Positions 11,697 through 22,107 of a DNA stretch of 64,000 bases are shown in pieces. The first letter of the stretch is position 1. Every line of letters starts with the position of its first letter. Origin of the DNA: Porphyridium purpureum (lineage: Eukaryota); NCBI GenBank assembly GCA_008690995.1, contig VRMN01000014.1, forward strand, positions 1 through 64,000. Reading direction: 5' to 3'. A model generated the notes under the pieces. It had not been told where the DNA came from. It was given only the letters and a program-made list of their open reading frames with translations, and ran no database searches. The position numbers were made by a program, and so were the translations under genes.

Positions 11697-14600
11697 TTAA
11701 TCCATGCTCCTCCTTCCGATCTGAGGGACGCGTAACATAGTCCAACACCTGATATGACCTTCCGGAAACAAAGGTTTTGTCATCAAGTCGGACACGTTTT
11801 CCCCCGTCCTCACATATTCCAATCTCACCAGCTTTTGCTTCTCGCAAACTTGGTGTATCCACGCCAAGTCCGTGGCTCTGGTCACTGCCATGTGATGCAA
11901 CTTTGGCGAGTAGCCCATCTTGACCGCACGGAGAACAACTTGACTATCACAAAGCAGGGTCAACGCATAATCACCCTCCTGCACGCTTCGAAGAAACGAC
12001 AATGCCGGAAACAGAGACAACTGCACCGCTTCTTCCAGAGCGGCCATCTCAGACTCAGAGGTCGAAGAGCTCACAAAGCGTTGCCTTCTGGAGCTCCAGT
12101 CGACCAGATACTTGTTTCCACCCGCGACCAAGTACGTCACTCGTCCAGACGTCGACTTGCGCGTTTCCGGACATCCAGCGAAGTCGGCATCAGCATAGCC
12201 CAAGACGCTTACGTCACCGACCTTCAATGACGTCATCCGCAAATACTCAAGTGGTTCACGAGGAACCTTCAAGTATTGCATGACGCGAACCAGGAGTCTC
12301 TCAGCTGCGACGTTCCAGCTATCCACGTACCGAGCCACCACTCCAACTGCGTACGAGATATCCGGTCTGACCGTCCTGGCCAACCACAGCAGCCGCCCAA
12401 CATGCTCGCGTATTTTCAGATGTCCATGTTCGACTTGAACATCCAATACAGCGTCAGCATTCATCTTCTCACCTGGTGATTTCACCGCTCGCAGCACCTG
12501 CCCAAGTTCTTCTTCGAATTCCTTCACCACCAAAGCTTGGTAGTGATCATGATCCAACGAAAGCCGTGCCGCCGACTCCGAGATCGTGAGACCTAGGAAC
12601 CTCAACGGGGTACCTTCCGAGAGGACTTCTGGCTCCTTCTCAATGAGGAACTCTGACCTCAACTCTCGAAATATCTCACCCCGATCCTTCTCGGCACACG
12701 CGAGCAGGCCATCATCGACATACAAGGCCAAGAGTGCAACAGATGCACTTCCCGCCATCTTTTTCACGTATACATTCTTCTCGCCGTGAATCAAATCCCA
12801 CCCGAACTTCTGAAGTTTTCTGCGGGCATCGATGGAAAAGTCAGACCCGCTTCTTGGCAAGCCATAAAGCGCCCTTCTCAAGCGAACGAGAAGTCCATCA
12901 CCCCCTCCTGGAACATGAGGGGGCAACATGGCAAACGTCGGTGGTCCTGACAAGTCAGCGTGTAAGTACGCCGACGTCACATCGAACGACACGATTTTCA
13001 ATCCCAGGATCGCGGCCAAAGCTATCAACATTCTGATTGCAGACAGGCCCGCGGGCACCTCATAGTCAAACACATCCTGAGTGACCTTCCCTGAGGCATC
13101 CCAAATCCTATTTCCACCAGCAACAAGCCGACACTTGACCTTGCGAAACTCCTCCGGAAGCTCAGCGAACTTCAATCCGAATATAAAGTGTGTCCGCACA
13201 AATCGTGCGCCTGGGACCTTGAGAGCTTCTTCCCTTGAAATAGGTTGCTCATCCCATACCTTGAATCGAATCATCAAGTCCACTTCTTTTTGCATGGCTT
13301 CTCTTCCAGCCGAAGAAGCCAGAGCTTGGCTCGTCTGCAACAAAGTTGTCAAGTTCAATTGCGGTGTTTCTGGAGCAACTCCTGCGCGTTGCCTCCAATT
13401 TTCCTCCGAGAGGCCCATATTATGAGCCCGGGCTCGCACATCCTTTCCGTTTCTTGAATCGCGGAACACTGCCTTGTATTCTTGCAGAGTTCTTTCCCAC
13501 TTCCCCCAGCCAAAGAGCCGTAAGCCATCCATGATGGCCTGATCCTCTTCCCGGCTCCAAGATACCCTGGGTTTTCGTTTCCCCCTTCTTCCAACAGGTA
13601 GGGGAACATCCTCCTCCAAGTTCCCGGATTCACGCGCCTCGGCCGTATTCGTAGGCAACACCATAGTCTCTTGACTATCCGGTTCTTCCTGCCTAGAGTG
13701 AAAGTCGATTTCACCCTCACGTGCCGAGACCTCCTCGTCATCCCTTGTTTCCAAAGTCCGCATTGGAAACACTTCAGGGAACGCCTTGAAGTCCTGAGTG
13801 CGAGTCAGCCTCGGTGCCGCACTCGTCCACTCCTCCTGAGGAAGGACCCAGATTGCCAGCGGATGCTCCGCAACTCCAACAAGGACTCCAATCTTTCCTC
13901 TGGGTGCATACTTGTTCTCAGGTTGATCATTCTTGAACACCACCTTGCATCCAAATGGTACTGCTACCTTCCCCCGCTTCCATCTCTCACCGTACCTCAT
14001 TTCATACGGAGACTTCCCAGACCTCTTGTCTGGGTGCAGCCGATTGAACATGAAGACGAAATGCTGAGCGGCATGCAAAAACCACCGCTTTCCCAGCCCA
14101 GACTGCAGGAGATTTGCTCGTACCCCCTGATTCAAAGTATGATGGAAACGTTCCTGTTCAGCGTGGCTATTTGGTCTATGTGGGACGCCAATCTCATGCT
14201 TCACGAGATTCTCCCGTACCAAATTGCTCACATTTCCCCTGAACTCGTTTCCATCATCTGTCCTCAGTACCTTTGGCCATCCTCGCCCGGCTTGCACGCT
14301 TGTCCAAGCTTCAGCAACCGCCGTATGCGTTTTGGCTCTCAATCCTGCCAGTGTGGCCCACCTCGTCGCTCTATCGATGTGCGTCAGTATATACTTTGCT
14401 CCATCGATGGCTTCCACGTTACGTCCGGGCTCCACCAGGTCGATCCCAACTTCGTCATTGAACGACAAAGTGGACAAGTCCTTCTCCAGCCTTCTTGCTG
14501 GTCGGCTCTTGATCTTGGCCACAACACACGTCTCACAATCATCCCGCATCGGCATGTAAGTCAACGCATGTTCCATCCCGGCCATCTTTCCTTCGACCCC

Positions 14601-15116
14601 TTCACTGGCACTCTCCTCTTCTCCATCGTACGCTTGATTTCCGCTTGACTCGGAAAGAGCGTCCACGACATTCACCATCGCACAATCTTCCACATTTTCA
14701 AGTCCCAAGTCCATCGAACCCCTCTGCCAATCAATCCTCGGGTTCACGCGACTCAGCCAGTCCCACCCGAGAATTGCATCCATTTGCAGCGGTCCGACAT
14801 AAAACTTGACCGGCCCTTTCCAGAACCCAAGATCAACATGCTGCAACACCGGGCCATGCACTAAGACACTTTGCCCACCCGCAAGCTTGACCATTCCGTT
14901 CTCGCGCCCTTCAAATCTGCCGACAAAGCGAGATCCAAGAAAATTGTGCGATGCTCCGCTGTCCACCAGAAATTGGACAGACTCGCCATCTAAAGTTCCA
15001 CGCTTGTAGAGCAACCTCGACGCCGCATCAGCGCGCCAGACCTCACCTACAAAGCCCATCCCGGGAGGTTCCGTTCCCCTCGAGTGCACCTCCCAACTTC
15101 TCCCTCGAGGTTTTAG
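11697..15116 (-). CDS. pol: Pol of B1 (protease, integrase, Myb-like domain, copia RT, RNaseH), predicted Gag-Pol fusion by -1 frameshift
   Basis: Uninterrupted frame with FLVDSGASHNF, DDE motifs, WSREEDQAIMDGLRLFGWGKW, LYVDD, YADADFAG; stop lies just inside the 3' LTR. Confidence 0.92.
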   Translation of the reverse strand, partial: LKPRGRSWEVHSRGTEPPGMGFVGEVWRADAASRLLYKRGTLDGESVQFLVDSGASHNFLGSRFVGRFEGRENGMVKLAGGQSVLVHGPVLQHVDLGFWKGPVKFYVGPLQMDAILGWDWLSRVNPRIDWQRGSMDLGLENVEDCAMVNVVDALSESSGNQAYDGEEESASEGVEGKMAGMEHALTYMPMRDDCETCVVAKIKSRPARRLEKDLSTLSFNDEVGIDLVEPGRNVEAIDGAKYILTHIDRATRWATLAGLRAKTHTAVAEAWTSVQAGRGWPKVLRTDDGNEFRGNVSNLVRENLVKHEIGVPHRPNSHAEQERFHHTLNQGVRANLLQSGLGKRWFLHAAQHFVFMFNRLHPDKRSGKSPYEMRYGERWKRGKVAVPFGCKVVFKNDQPENKYAPRGKIGVLVGVAEHPLAIWVLPQEEWTSAAPRLTRTQDFKAFPEVFPMRTLETRDDEEVSAREGEIDFHSRQEEPDSQETMVLPTNTAEARESGNLEEDVPLPVGRRGKRKPRVSWSREEDQAIMDGLRLFGWGKWERTLQEYKAVFRDSRNGKDVRARAHNMGLSEENWRQRAGVAPETPQLNLTTLLQTSQALASSAGREAMQKEVDLMIRFKVWDEQPISREEALKVPGARFVRTHFIFGLKFAELPEEFRKVKCRLVAGGNRIWDASGKVTQDVFDYEVPAGLSAIRMLIALAAILGLKIVSFDVTSAYLHADLSGPPTFAMLPPHVPGGGDGLLVRLRRALYGLPRSGSDFSIDARRKLQKFGWDLIHGEKNVYVKKMAGSASVALLALYVDDGLLACAEKDRGEIFRELRSEFLIEKEPEVLSEGTPLRFLGLTISESAARLSLDHDHYQALVVKEFEEELGQVLRAVKSPGEKMNADAVLDVQVEHGHLKIREHVGRLLWLARTVRPDISYAVGVVARYVDSWNVAAERLLVRVMQYLKVPREPLEYLRMTSLKVGDVSVLGYADADFAGCPETRKSTSGRVTYLVAGGNKYLVDWSSRRQRFVSSSTSESEMAALEEAVQLSLFPALSFLRSVQEGDYALTLLCDSQVVLRAVKMGYSPKLHHMAVTRATDLAWIHQVCEKQKLVRLEYVRTGENVSDLMTKPLFPEGHIRCWTMLRVPQIGRRSMD

Positions 15117-16069
15117 TTTTCCGGGCCTCCCGCCAAGTGCCCATTCCGCTTTGGGCAATTGGGTTTGATGTGGCCGCGCTGCCCGCAATGGTAGCATCTG
15201 ACTTTGCCCATGTCCGCATGCTTGCGCTTCTCCGGCTGGCGTTTCTCCACGACGCCCAAATCCATTGGCGCCGTCCCGGCATACGACGAGCTGTTCCGGT
15301 AGTTTGGACTCGAGGCGCCATGAAAAGCCTCCCTCATGTCTCCTCCAAACCTACCAACCTGCTCCGCAGCCAACGCCGCCCTCAGCGACTCTTCCAGCGT
15401 CTTCGTGTCCTGACGCGCCACCTCAAGGCGAAGCTTCTCCTTCAGGCCGAGAGTGAAGATGGTGTTGAGCTCGGCATCTGTCACACTATCCACGGACAGA
15501 GCCACCATCCTCAGGCGCTGCTCAAACTCAGCAACAGTCATCTTGCCCTGCTTCAGCTGATACAAGTTCGTTCGAGCAGTCAGGTATGCCTGCGGCGGCT
15601 CAAATGCCGTCCGCACGAAGCTCGCGAACGCATTCCAACCGGACTCGGCCAATGCCATCCTCTGTTCTTCAGGGCGAGCTGCCCACAACAGCGCGGCATC
15701 CTTCTCAAAGAAGCGCGACGCTACGATCACCTTCTGCGACTCGAGCGCTCCAGCTGGCATGCACATGTCCAAGTCTTGCTTCATCCTCGACAACCACTCG
15801 TTCACAACGAGTTTGTCGCGCTGTCCGTCGTATTTCCTCAAGCTGCGTCCAATCAGCGATGCAACGGTCCTTTCCGTCTCGCCGGGACCAGCTGACACAG
15901 ATGCCTGATGCATCACATTCTGCAGCATCTCCTGCAAGAGGCGATTTCCCTCCTGCAGCTGCACAATCATCATTTCTTGTCCTCCGATACGAGCATGAAG
16001 CTGGTTGAAAGCTTCAATCCACGACGCGCCGCCCTGCAGGCCCTGCACGTCCATTCCCTCAGAATCCAT
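15113..16069 (-). CDS. gag: Gag of B1
   Basis: 318 aa, clearly homologous to A gag; PMDLG and CYHCGQRGHIKPNC. Confidence 0.92.
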   Translation of the reverse strand: MDSEGMDVQGLQGGASWIEAFNQLHARIGGQEMMIVQLQEGNRLLQEMLQNVMHQASVSAGPGETERTVASLIGRSLRKYDGQRDKLVVNEWLSRMKQDLDMCMPAGALESQKVIVASRFFEKDAALLWAARPEEQRMALAESGWNAFASFVRTAFEPPQAYLTARTNLYQLKQGKMTVAEFEQRLRMVALSVDSVTDAELNTIFTLGLKEKLRLEVARQDTKTLEESLRAALAAEQVGRFGGDMREAFHGASSPNYRNSSSYAGTAPMDLGVVEKRQPEKRKHADMGKVRCYHCGQRGHIKPNCPKRNGHLAGGPEN

Positions 16070-16903
16070 CTTCGCCGATGCGATGATACCACTTTAAATT
16101 CTCGCACGCTTGATGATGACAAGCGCACGAACCCGGATGACACAACCCTTCTCAGATGACCGAACCCCAGCAACACGACGCACACAGCACAGAGAACACA
16201 ACCACACGACGCACACAACACAGACGACGAATACCCGGGGCGTGGAAAATCCAACGTATAGGGCCTCTACTATTGCCCTTCGCGTCGGCACAGACAGCAC
16301 CGGTCTCGACAGGGGCAGGGTGTCGTAACGGACAAAGCCGCCGTCTGCCTTCAGTGCTCTAAGAGCACCGAAACCCCCAGACACGATGTGCTGCTGGCTC
16401 TGCTACACAGGCTCAGCAAAAGGCCCCACGCCTTCCGACGACCACGCCCAGGCACCCGACACCAAAGAACAAACTCCTCTTTTATTCTCTGTGTCCTACT
16501 CCCTTGCCTCTCCTTCTTCCGCTCTAAAGAAAATCCGGGGAACCGCACAGGCCCGCGCCCATTATATACCCCGCCGTCCTTGCTGTCCTTGACGCGGAAG
16601 GGAGAAATTATTTCTCCCAAAGGCTGGGCTTTCCTCCGTTCGTTCCACAGAACGAAGCCACAGCCAGCCACGTCAGCAAGCGGCTCAATGGGTGCTGGCC
16701 GGCCGCCAAGCGGCTCCTGCTTCCCTCGGACACGCGACTCCGGCTCCTCGGGGCGAAAGACAACAATGCACAAACCAGAGGTACAGGGTAAAAAACCACG
16801 TGGGCGAAAAAGCCCCTGTACCTCAAACAATTCCGAGACGCCGTACCTCCGGGTGTACACCCAGGGCGTCTCTCGGACCGGAACACTTTTAATCCATGCA
16901 TGG

Positions 16904-17795
16904 CCCTTGCTGTCGTACTGTATGCGAGAAGATTCGGAACGAGCTTGTCACGCCCGATAGTGCGACTAAGACTCCAAAAGGCAGTCGGGAGCAGTGTTTT
17001 TTTCACTCGCCTCGGCCTCTTGTCGCTTGGCGTGTGACAGCAACGTCCGCAAGGGCTCGTTTGATCTTTCGCTATTTTGTTGAACCAGTGCGCATTCGTC
17101 GGCACCGCGTCCAATGAAAAAAAAATCCTTAATGCGGAGATCACGTTCCTCGCGCACACATATGAATATCTGATCAGCGACCAACCTTGCCAGTACTCCA
17201 AAACGTCTCATCCATTTCGTCTGAACCGAAAGGGCCAATGCATCAGATTTAAAGCCTGAAGTAATGACGCATCCGGTGCTCAGATGCATGCTCGTGCATA
17301 CTATGTGCAGAAGTTTCACTCCGTCGATGAAGACAAAGTCTGCATGCATAGAATCATTGAATGACGTCTCTGTGTCTACGGATAACTTCAAGCCCGTACG
17401 GTGACCGCAATACTACGTCCAAATCCCACAATCTTGACAAAGCTGTCCGAATGTCTTGACCTCATCGAATGTCATCGGCTTGCTCGTTCAACTCGGCAAA
17501 TGCTCAATTTTCTTGTAATGCGCTAACCCTAAACGCATGTAAATGTTTGGCTTTTCGTTGGCAGTACAACACAGTATTGTGTCGATCTTTTCCCCCTTTC
17601 CGCTGGAAATCACAAAATGTCAACCGTCGTACGAAAGGTCGCGTGTCGACCAGGGCGATTTGAATTAGCATGGATTATTTGAGTTCGAGTTGTTTCTCGA
17701 GAAATGCCAGTCCAAGGAAAAGTGGACGCTCCGCATGAAACTTTTGCTGTGCATCCTTGGTTGTGGTGGTCCGCCTTCACAAAGCATCCGCACAC
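16904..17795 (-). pseudogene. Degraded copia integrase remnant, probably the upstream half of the element interrupted by B1
   Basis: HADFVFIDGVKLLHIVC, W...FG..RLVAD integrase-core-like motifs; collinear with the RT remnant across the B1 TSD. Confidence 0.55.
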
Positions 17796-17803
17796 GAATT
17801 CTG

Positions 17804-20800
17804 TTACAGCGCATGCTTGGGTTCCAGAGTCGCAGATTGCAGCGTCTCTTGTTCTACATCACGCCGCTCCATCACGACTGGGAGATTCGTGACGCTCGGA
17901 ACGTCCCTCTGCTCAGCCACTCCAACTGCCACCTTACCATCCGGTGTCACAGATGCTTTGCTCGACATCATCGCATGCTCTAGATCCCGTCTCGCACCAT
18001 CTTCCATCGACTCTTCCCAATCGCCCTCCAGCATGTCTGGGAGTTCGTTTTCCGACTGTTCTTCCAACTCTCCCTCTTCGCCTGCGCCCTCCGCGGGGAG
18101 CCCTTGCTGTTGCTCGTCCAGGCTGACGCTCGCATTTCCCTCGATGCCGACTTCCACTTGCCCTCTTGTCGCCGCGAGCTCGTTGAGCCTATCAAGTACA
18201 AAATCAGGCGTCGGCAAACTAGTCCAGCTTTGCCGCACAGTCATTGCTACTGTATTCAGATTCAAGAAGTTCCACGCCCCGGACAAGTTTTCAGTGGGAT
18301 GTAGTGCGATGCACCCCACTGTGCGCTCCGCCATGCTATTGTCCACATGCGCGGCGTGCACTTCCACGTAGTCCCCGAACCCGAGGGCAAGGTCCCTTTG
18401 CGCGTCCAATACACGACCCGTCATCTCCTCTTTCGGGGACCTACCCGAAAGAGCGCCACTGGACACACTGCTCTGCAGGCCATGTATGCGCTGAACGCAA
18501 TATTCAACAAGGGCAGGCCCGAGCAGGCGAGGCAACACAAACGGCAACCCGCTGATCACCGCGCGGGCACGTTCTTTCACCAGTCGAATGCCGCGCTCGG
18601 CTGCTTGAACCGCTTCCCCTGCCCCGATCAACTCTGGCAATATCCCGTTCTCGTGCATCCAGTCAACCACGGCCTTTACGCCACTCTCTCGATCCGAGTG
18701 TATCATTCTCACGATCACTTGGTGCCCACGCAACGTCTTCAGCTGCTTCGTCAGGGCCGCGTGAATGTCCTCCGCTGATTGGTTCCTAATTGGCGTGGCC
18801 ATGAAAAACTGAAATGGTTTGACTACTGAAATCAAGAACAGGTTTCGGTCCACGGCCATAATATCGCAACACATTTGTGCGTCCCTGAACGGCATCGTCA
18901 GAGGAGCTTCGGGCACGGCAGGTGTTTTGTGACCCGTCGTACGTCCTTTCAAGGCAGGAAGTGCAGGTCCCCAGAGCGCGATGCTTCTATCGATGTCGCG
19001 TACTGTCACATCGCAGTTCTTGATCGCACCGCTAATCATTCCTTGCCTCACCGCGCGAATAGAAGGATATCCTAGTTTCCGCACGAGTTCCAAAGCCTCT
19101 TTCGCCGCAGCCACCTGCCTCGGTGTGAATTGTGCCTCGCGCTCACCGACCGTGGTCAGTATGGCTGGGCACGCCGCCGCTCTTCGCGTGTTGGCAGAGT
19201 CGAGGGTGTTGTCTCTATTAGTATAAATGAAGTCGGGTCGCATTTGAAAGTAAGATGCAGATTTACTGTCGCTCACTCTAAAGCAATTAGAGTTCGCTCA
19301 GTAGTCTACTCTGTATCCATCCGCTCGCAACTTACCCAGCGAAACAACATTTCCTCCCACGCGATGCGACGTGTATGCGACGCCATACCTTCCCAATCCT
19401 TCTCGTTTCAGCAGCAGTCCAGACGACGAGTCTATCCCACTCACCAACAGGTGACAGTCAGACTCTTTCACGTCCGCCAGCAGACTACTGTCCCGATATA
19501 TGTGGTCGCTCGAGCACGTGTCGAGTCCCACTTCTCCATGGTCAAACACGGCATTCTGCATCACTGTCGCACGGTGGGTCCGTTCAGGACCCAACGTGCC
19601 GCCCCGTCACTCATCGTTTTCAGACGTGCTTTCGTCGTCCAGCACGCTTAGCCCGCCAAGCAGTGCGGCCCCCGTCTTCTTCTTGTACTTACGGTGGGCG
19701 CGCACAGGCGCATCACGTTCGGCCATCAGCGAGGCAACTTGCTCCTTCAGCAGAGCTATGGTCTCCTCTTCCGGGTGCGCTCGGCGGCCGGCCGCAGGTG
19801 CGGCGACGTCGCAATTTGCAAACATGTGCCCGAACTGGCCGCAACCATAGCATTTGCCTTTAAATGCTCTGTCGGGCTTTGCCGCTTTTGCATCCTCGGT
19901 GTCGCTGTCACTCTCCCGAGCACCACCCGCGGCGAATGTTGTGCCGGGGCGAGGGCGGTTTTGCCACATGGGCGACACGTACTCGCCTACCTCGAACACC
20001 GCCTCTTCAACCGTGTTCATGTCGGTCTGAGAGTTCTTCAACCACACTACCGGCTCTCGGTACTGCGTGCTCATCTGAAGCTTGCCCAGGAAGTCCACGG
20101 TCTGTCGCGCCTGATCGGGAGGTGCCTCCCCGACCACAATCATGGCTCGGATCGCTGCATAAAACCTGCCCTTGAACGCCGTCAACCCTTCGCCAACACC
20201 CACCGCGAGCGAATCGTAATGCTTCCTGGCGTGGCTCTGATTCCCAACCAAGCTTTTCGCTCCCTTCGTCAGATGTGTCGACAGTATGGCCTCCAGCAGC
20301 TTCTTCGGGTCGTTCCCGTCCACCATGACAGCTTCCATACCTGCAACCCTGACAATCGCTGCTTCCGACTCCAAGCTCAGTTGGCCTCTGATGAGCCCGA
20401 ACACTTGCCTTTTGTGTTCTTCCTGCTCGTTCGTTTTCTTGTAGTAATGTGCTATCTGGTGCTTGACCCTTTCTCAGGCCACGAAGGACTCAACGCTCGA
20501 CGGATCTACAATCATGGCCTCACCCTGGCCAATGACGGAGATGTCTTCATACACTGGGTATGTCATTCCACCTTCCCCAAGATAGAAAAGACGCGCTACT
20601 TCGCCGTGCTCTCGCTGCGAGTGCGTCTCCAGTGCATTAAACCAAGTCACAACCTCAACCGCTGGAAGTTCGCCGCGCGGTAGGTAGCGCAAGGTCGGCA
20701 ATTTGGCAACCCCCCGGTCTGCTGCTTGCCTGTCCTCGTCGACGTAAGGACTTTGTACCGCGCCGCGGCCCCGCCGCGCGCTCCTGCGCCGCCCCTTGCG

Positions 20801-20846
20801 GCCGCAGTTGGCTGTCCCTTGGGAGCCATCGCAAAGAGTAACTTTG
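17804..20846 (-). mobile_element. Copia element C, 3'-truncated and degraded (gag, protease, integrase; no RT)
   Basis: Frameshifted gag from ATG 20829 with CYGCGQFGHMFANC; protease GLDTCSSDH (19298-19594); integrase CDIM, HSDRES, AAERGI (17804-19276); homologous to element D. Confidence 0.85.
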
Positions 20847-22107
20847 TGTTATGGTTTCTGTCACTATTGAGATGTTCGTTGAAATAAAGCAAACAAATTA
20901 TACTCGCCAGTGCAAAGTTACGCTTTCACTCCCTGAATCCGTAGCCGCACTTTTTCGTTGCACTGCCCCCCGGGCCGCTCTTCAGATCAAGCTTTTACAC
21001 CCAAAAAGTCCCAAACTTGCCATTGCTAAATTCCCCTGCTCGGGCACAGGAGCGCCGACCGCCACAGGACACGTGCATCAGCACAAGCATATAGATTGTT
21101 CTCAAAAAAGGCCTTGAGCGCATGAGCCAGGTCTGCCGCAATGCATAAGCTGTGCAGTGGCTTGTCGGCTCAAACTCAAACCCGCAACTTTGTTGGCATC
21201 CTGTGCACCAACTTGTGCTGCGTGAATTGTTTCTGGAGCAAGGCTGTTGGTGATTGGTATGGGGTACACCGCAAATTCTGGCGGGGTGACGATCCTGCGG
21301 CGATGTGCTTTATAGGAATGACCGGCGTTGTGTGCGGAGGGTTTGGCAAAGAGCTTTGATCTATTGTGAGAAGCGGAGCGCGGCAGTGGAAGGGGGGATC
21401 TGCCCGACAGCGGGCAAGGATAGAGGGAGTGTTAGTTTCTGTTTTACACCTTGAGAGTAAAAAAAAGCGTGTGTTAGTTTCGTACTTGACCACCATGTCC
21501 GCGAGAGATTTCTTAGCAGATTGTCGAGGAATAACGAGGGCGAGCAGGTTTAGTCCAGTCCTGCGCACAACGGAGTCCTGGAGCTCGGCGACAGTAGCGA
21601 GGCCAAAGCTGCTGCCGGAGATCACGGCGTCTGGCTCCCCGATTCACATCCCTCCAACTCTTTAGGCCATCCACCTTCCAGAGAGACCGTCTTTTCGTAA
21701 ATTACTCTTAGGTAGGGGCAGAGAAAAACGATAGTGAAAGTTACATCTTTGACCTTTCGTAAAGAAGTGGACGTTCGTCAGATTGGAAGCGTTGGGAATT
21801 CTTCTCTCCTCGCTCGTGTTCTGTGCACTCGAACTAATTTATCACGTTATAAAACTACAATTCTCGCACTTTCACGCCCTACCAAAAAGATCAGGGACCT
21901 CGGCACTGTTTGCGCCTCGTGCAGTCTCTACTTATGCAGCAAGTCAAACACGGCTTTCGCTCGTGCGATCCGGCCGAGCCCCCGTAACCGACAGTGAGCT
22001 TATGAGTACACTGATGGCTGTACATTGCCTCTCTCACGGCCATCGTGCTCGATCTTCAACACACTCCCTCACTCATAGCTTGCTGATCGGAAGGGTAACT
22101 CGAAACA

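Larger units (their letters stand above)
6921..16898. repeat. Left arm of a ~10 kb inverted segmental duplication (partner 49380-59351)
   Basis: ORF track is mirrored, e.g. 7085-7366(-) equals 58912-59193(+); coordinate sums ~66278-66279. Confidence 0.95.
10929..16898 (-). mobile_element. LTR retrotransposon family B, copy 1, full length
   Basis: LTRs 10929-11706 and 16092-16898; 5-bp TSD (CATGG on +) at 10924-10928 and 16899-16903; PBS 16080-16091; PPT next to the 3' LTR; open gag and pol. Confidence 0.97.

Noticed and set aside
10894..11862. ORFs within the A and B LTRs as extra or env-like genes
   Set aside because: Frames differ between LTR copies through indels; no recognisable motifs
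13671..15895. Long antisense ORFs over B gag/pol
   Set aside because: Shadow frames of coding sequence, not conserved in family A
17522..17533. CTAACCCTAAA as a targeting site for B1
   Set aside because: Single short match over 600 bp from the insertion; chance not excluded
21176..21625. Possible gypsy pol fragment
   Set aside because: Resemblance too weak to call
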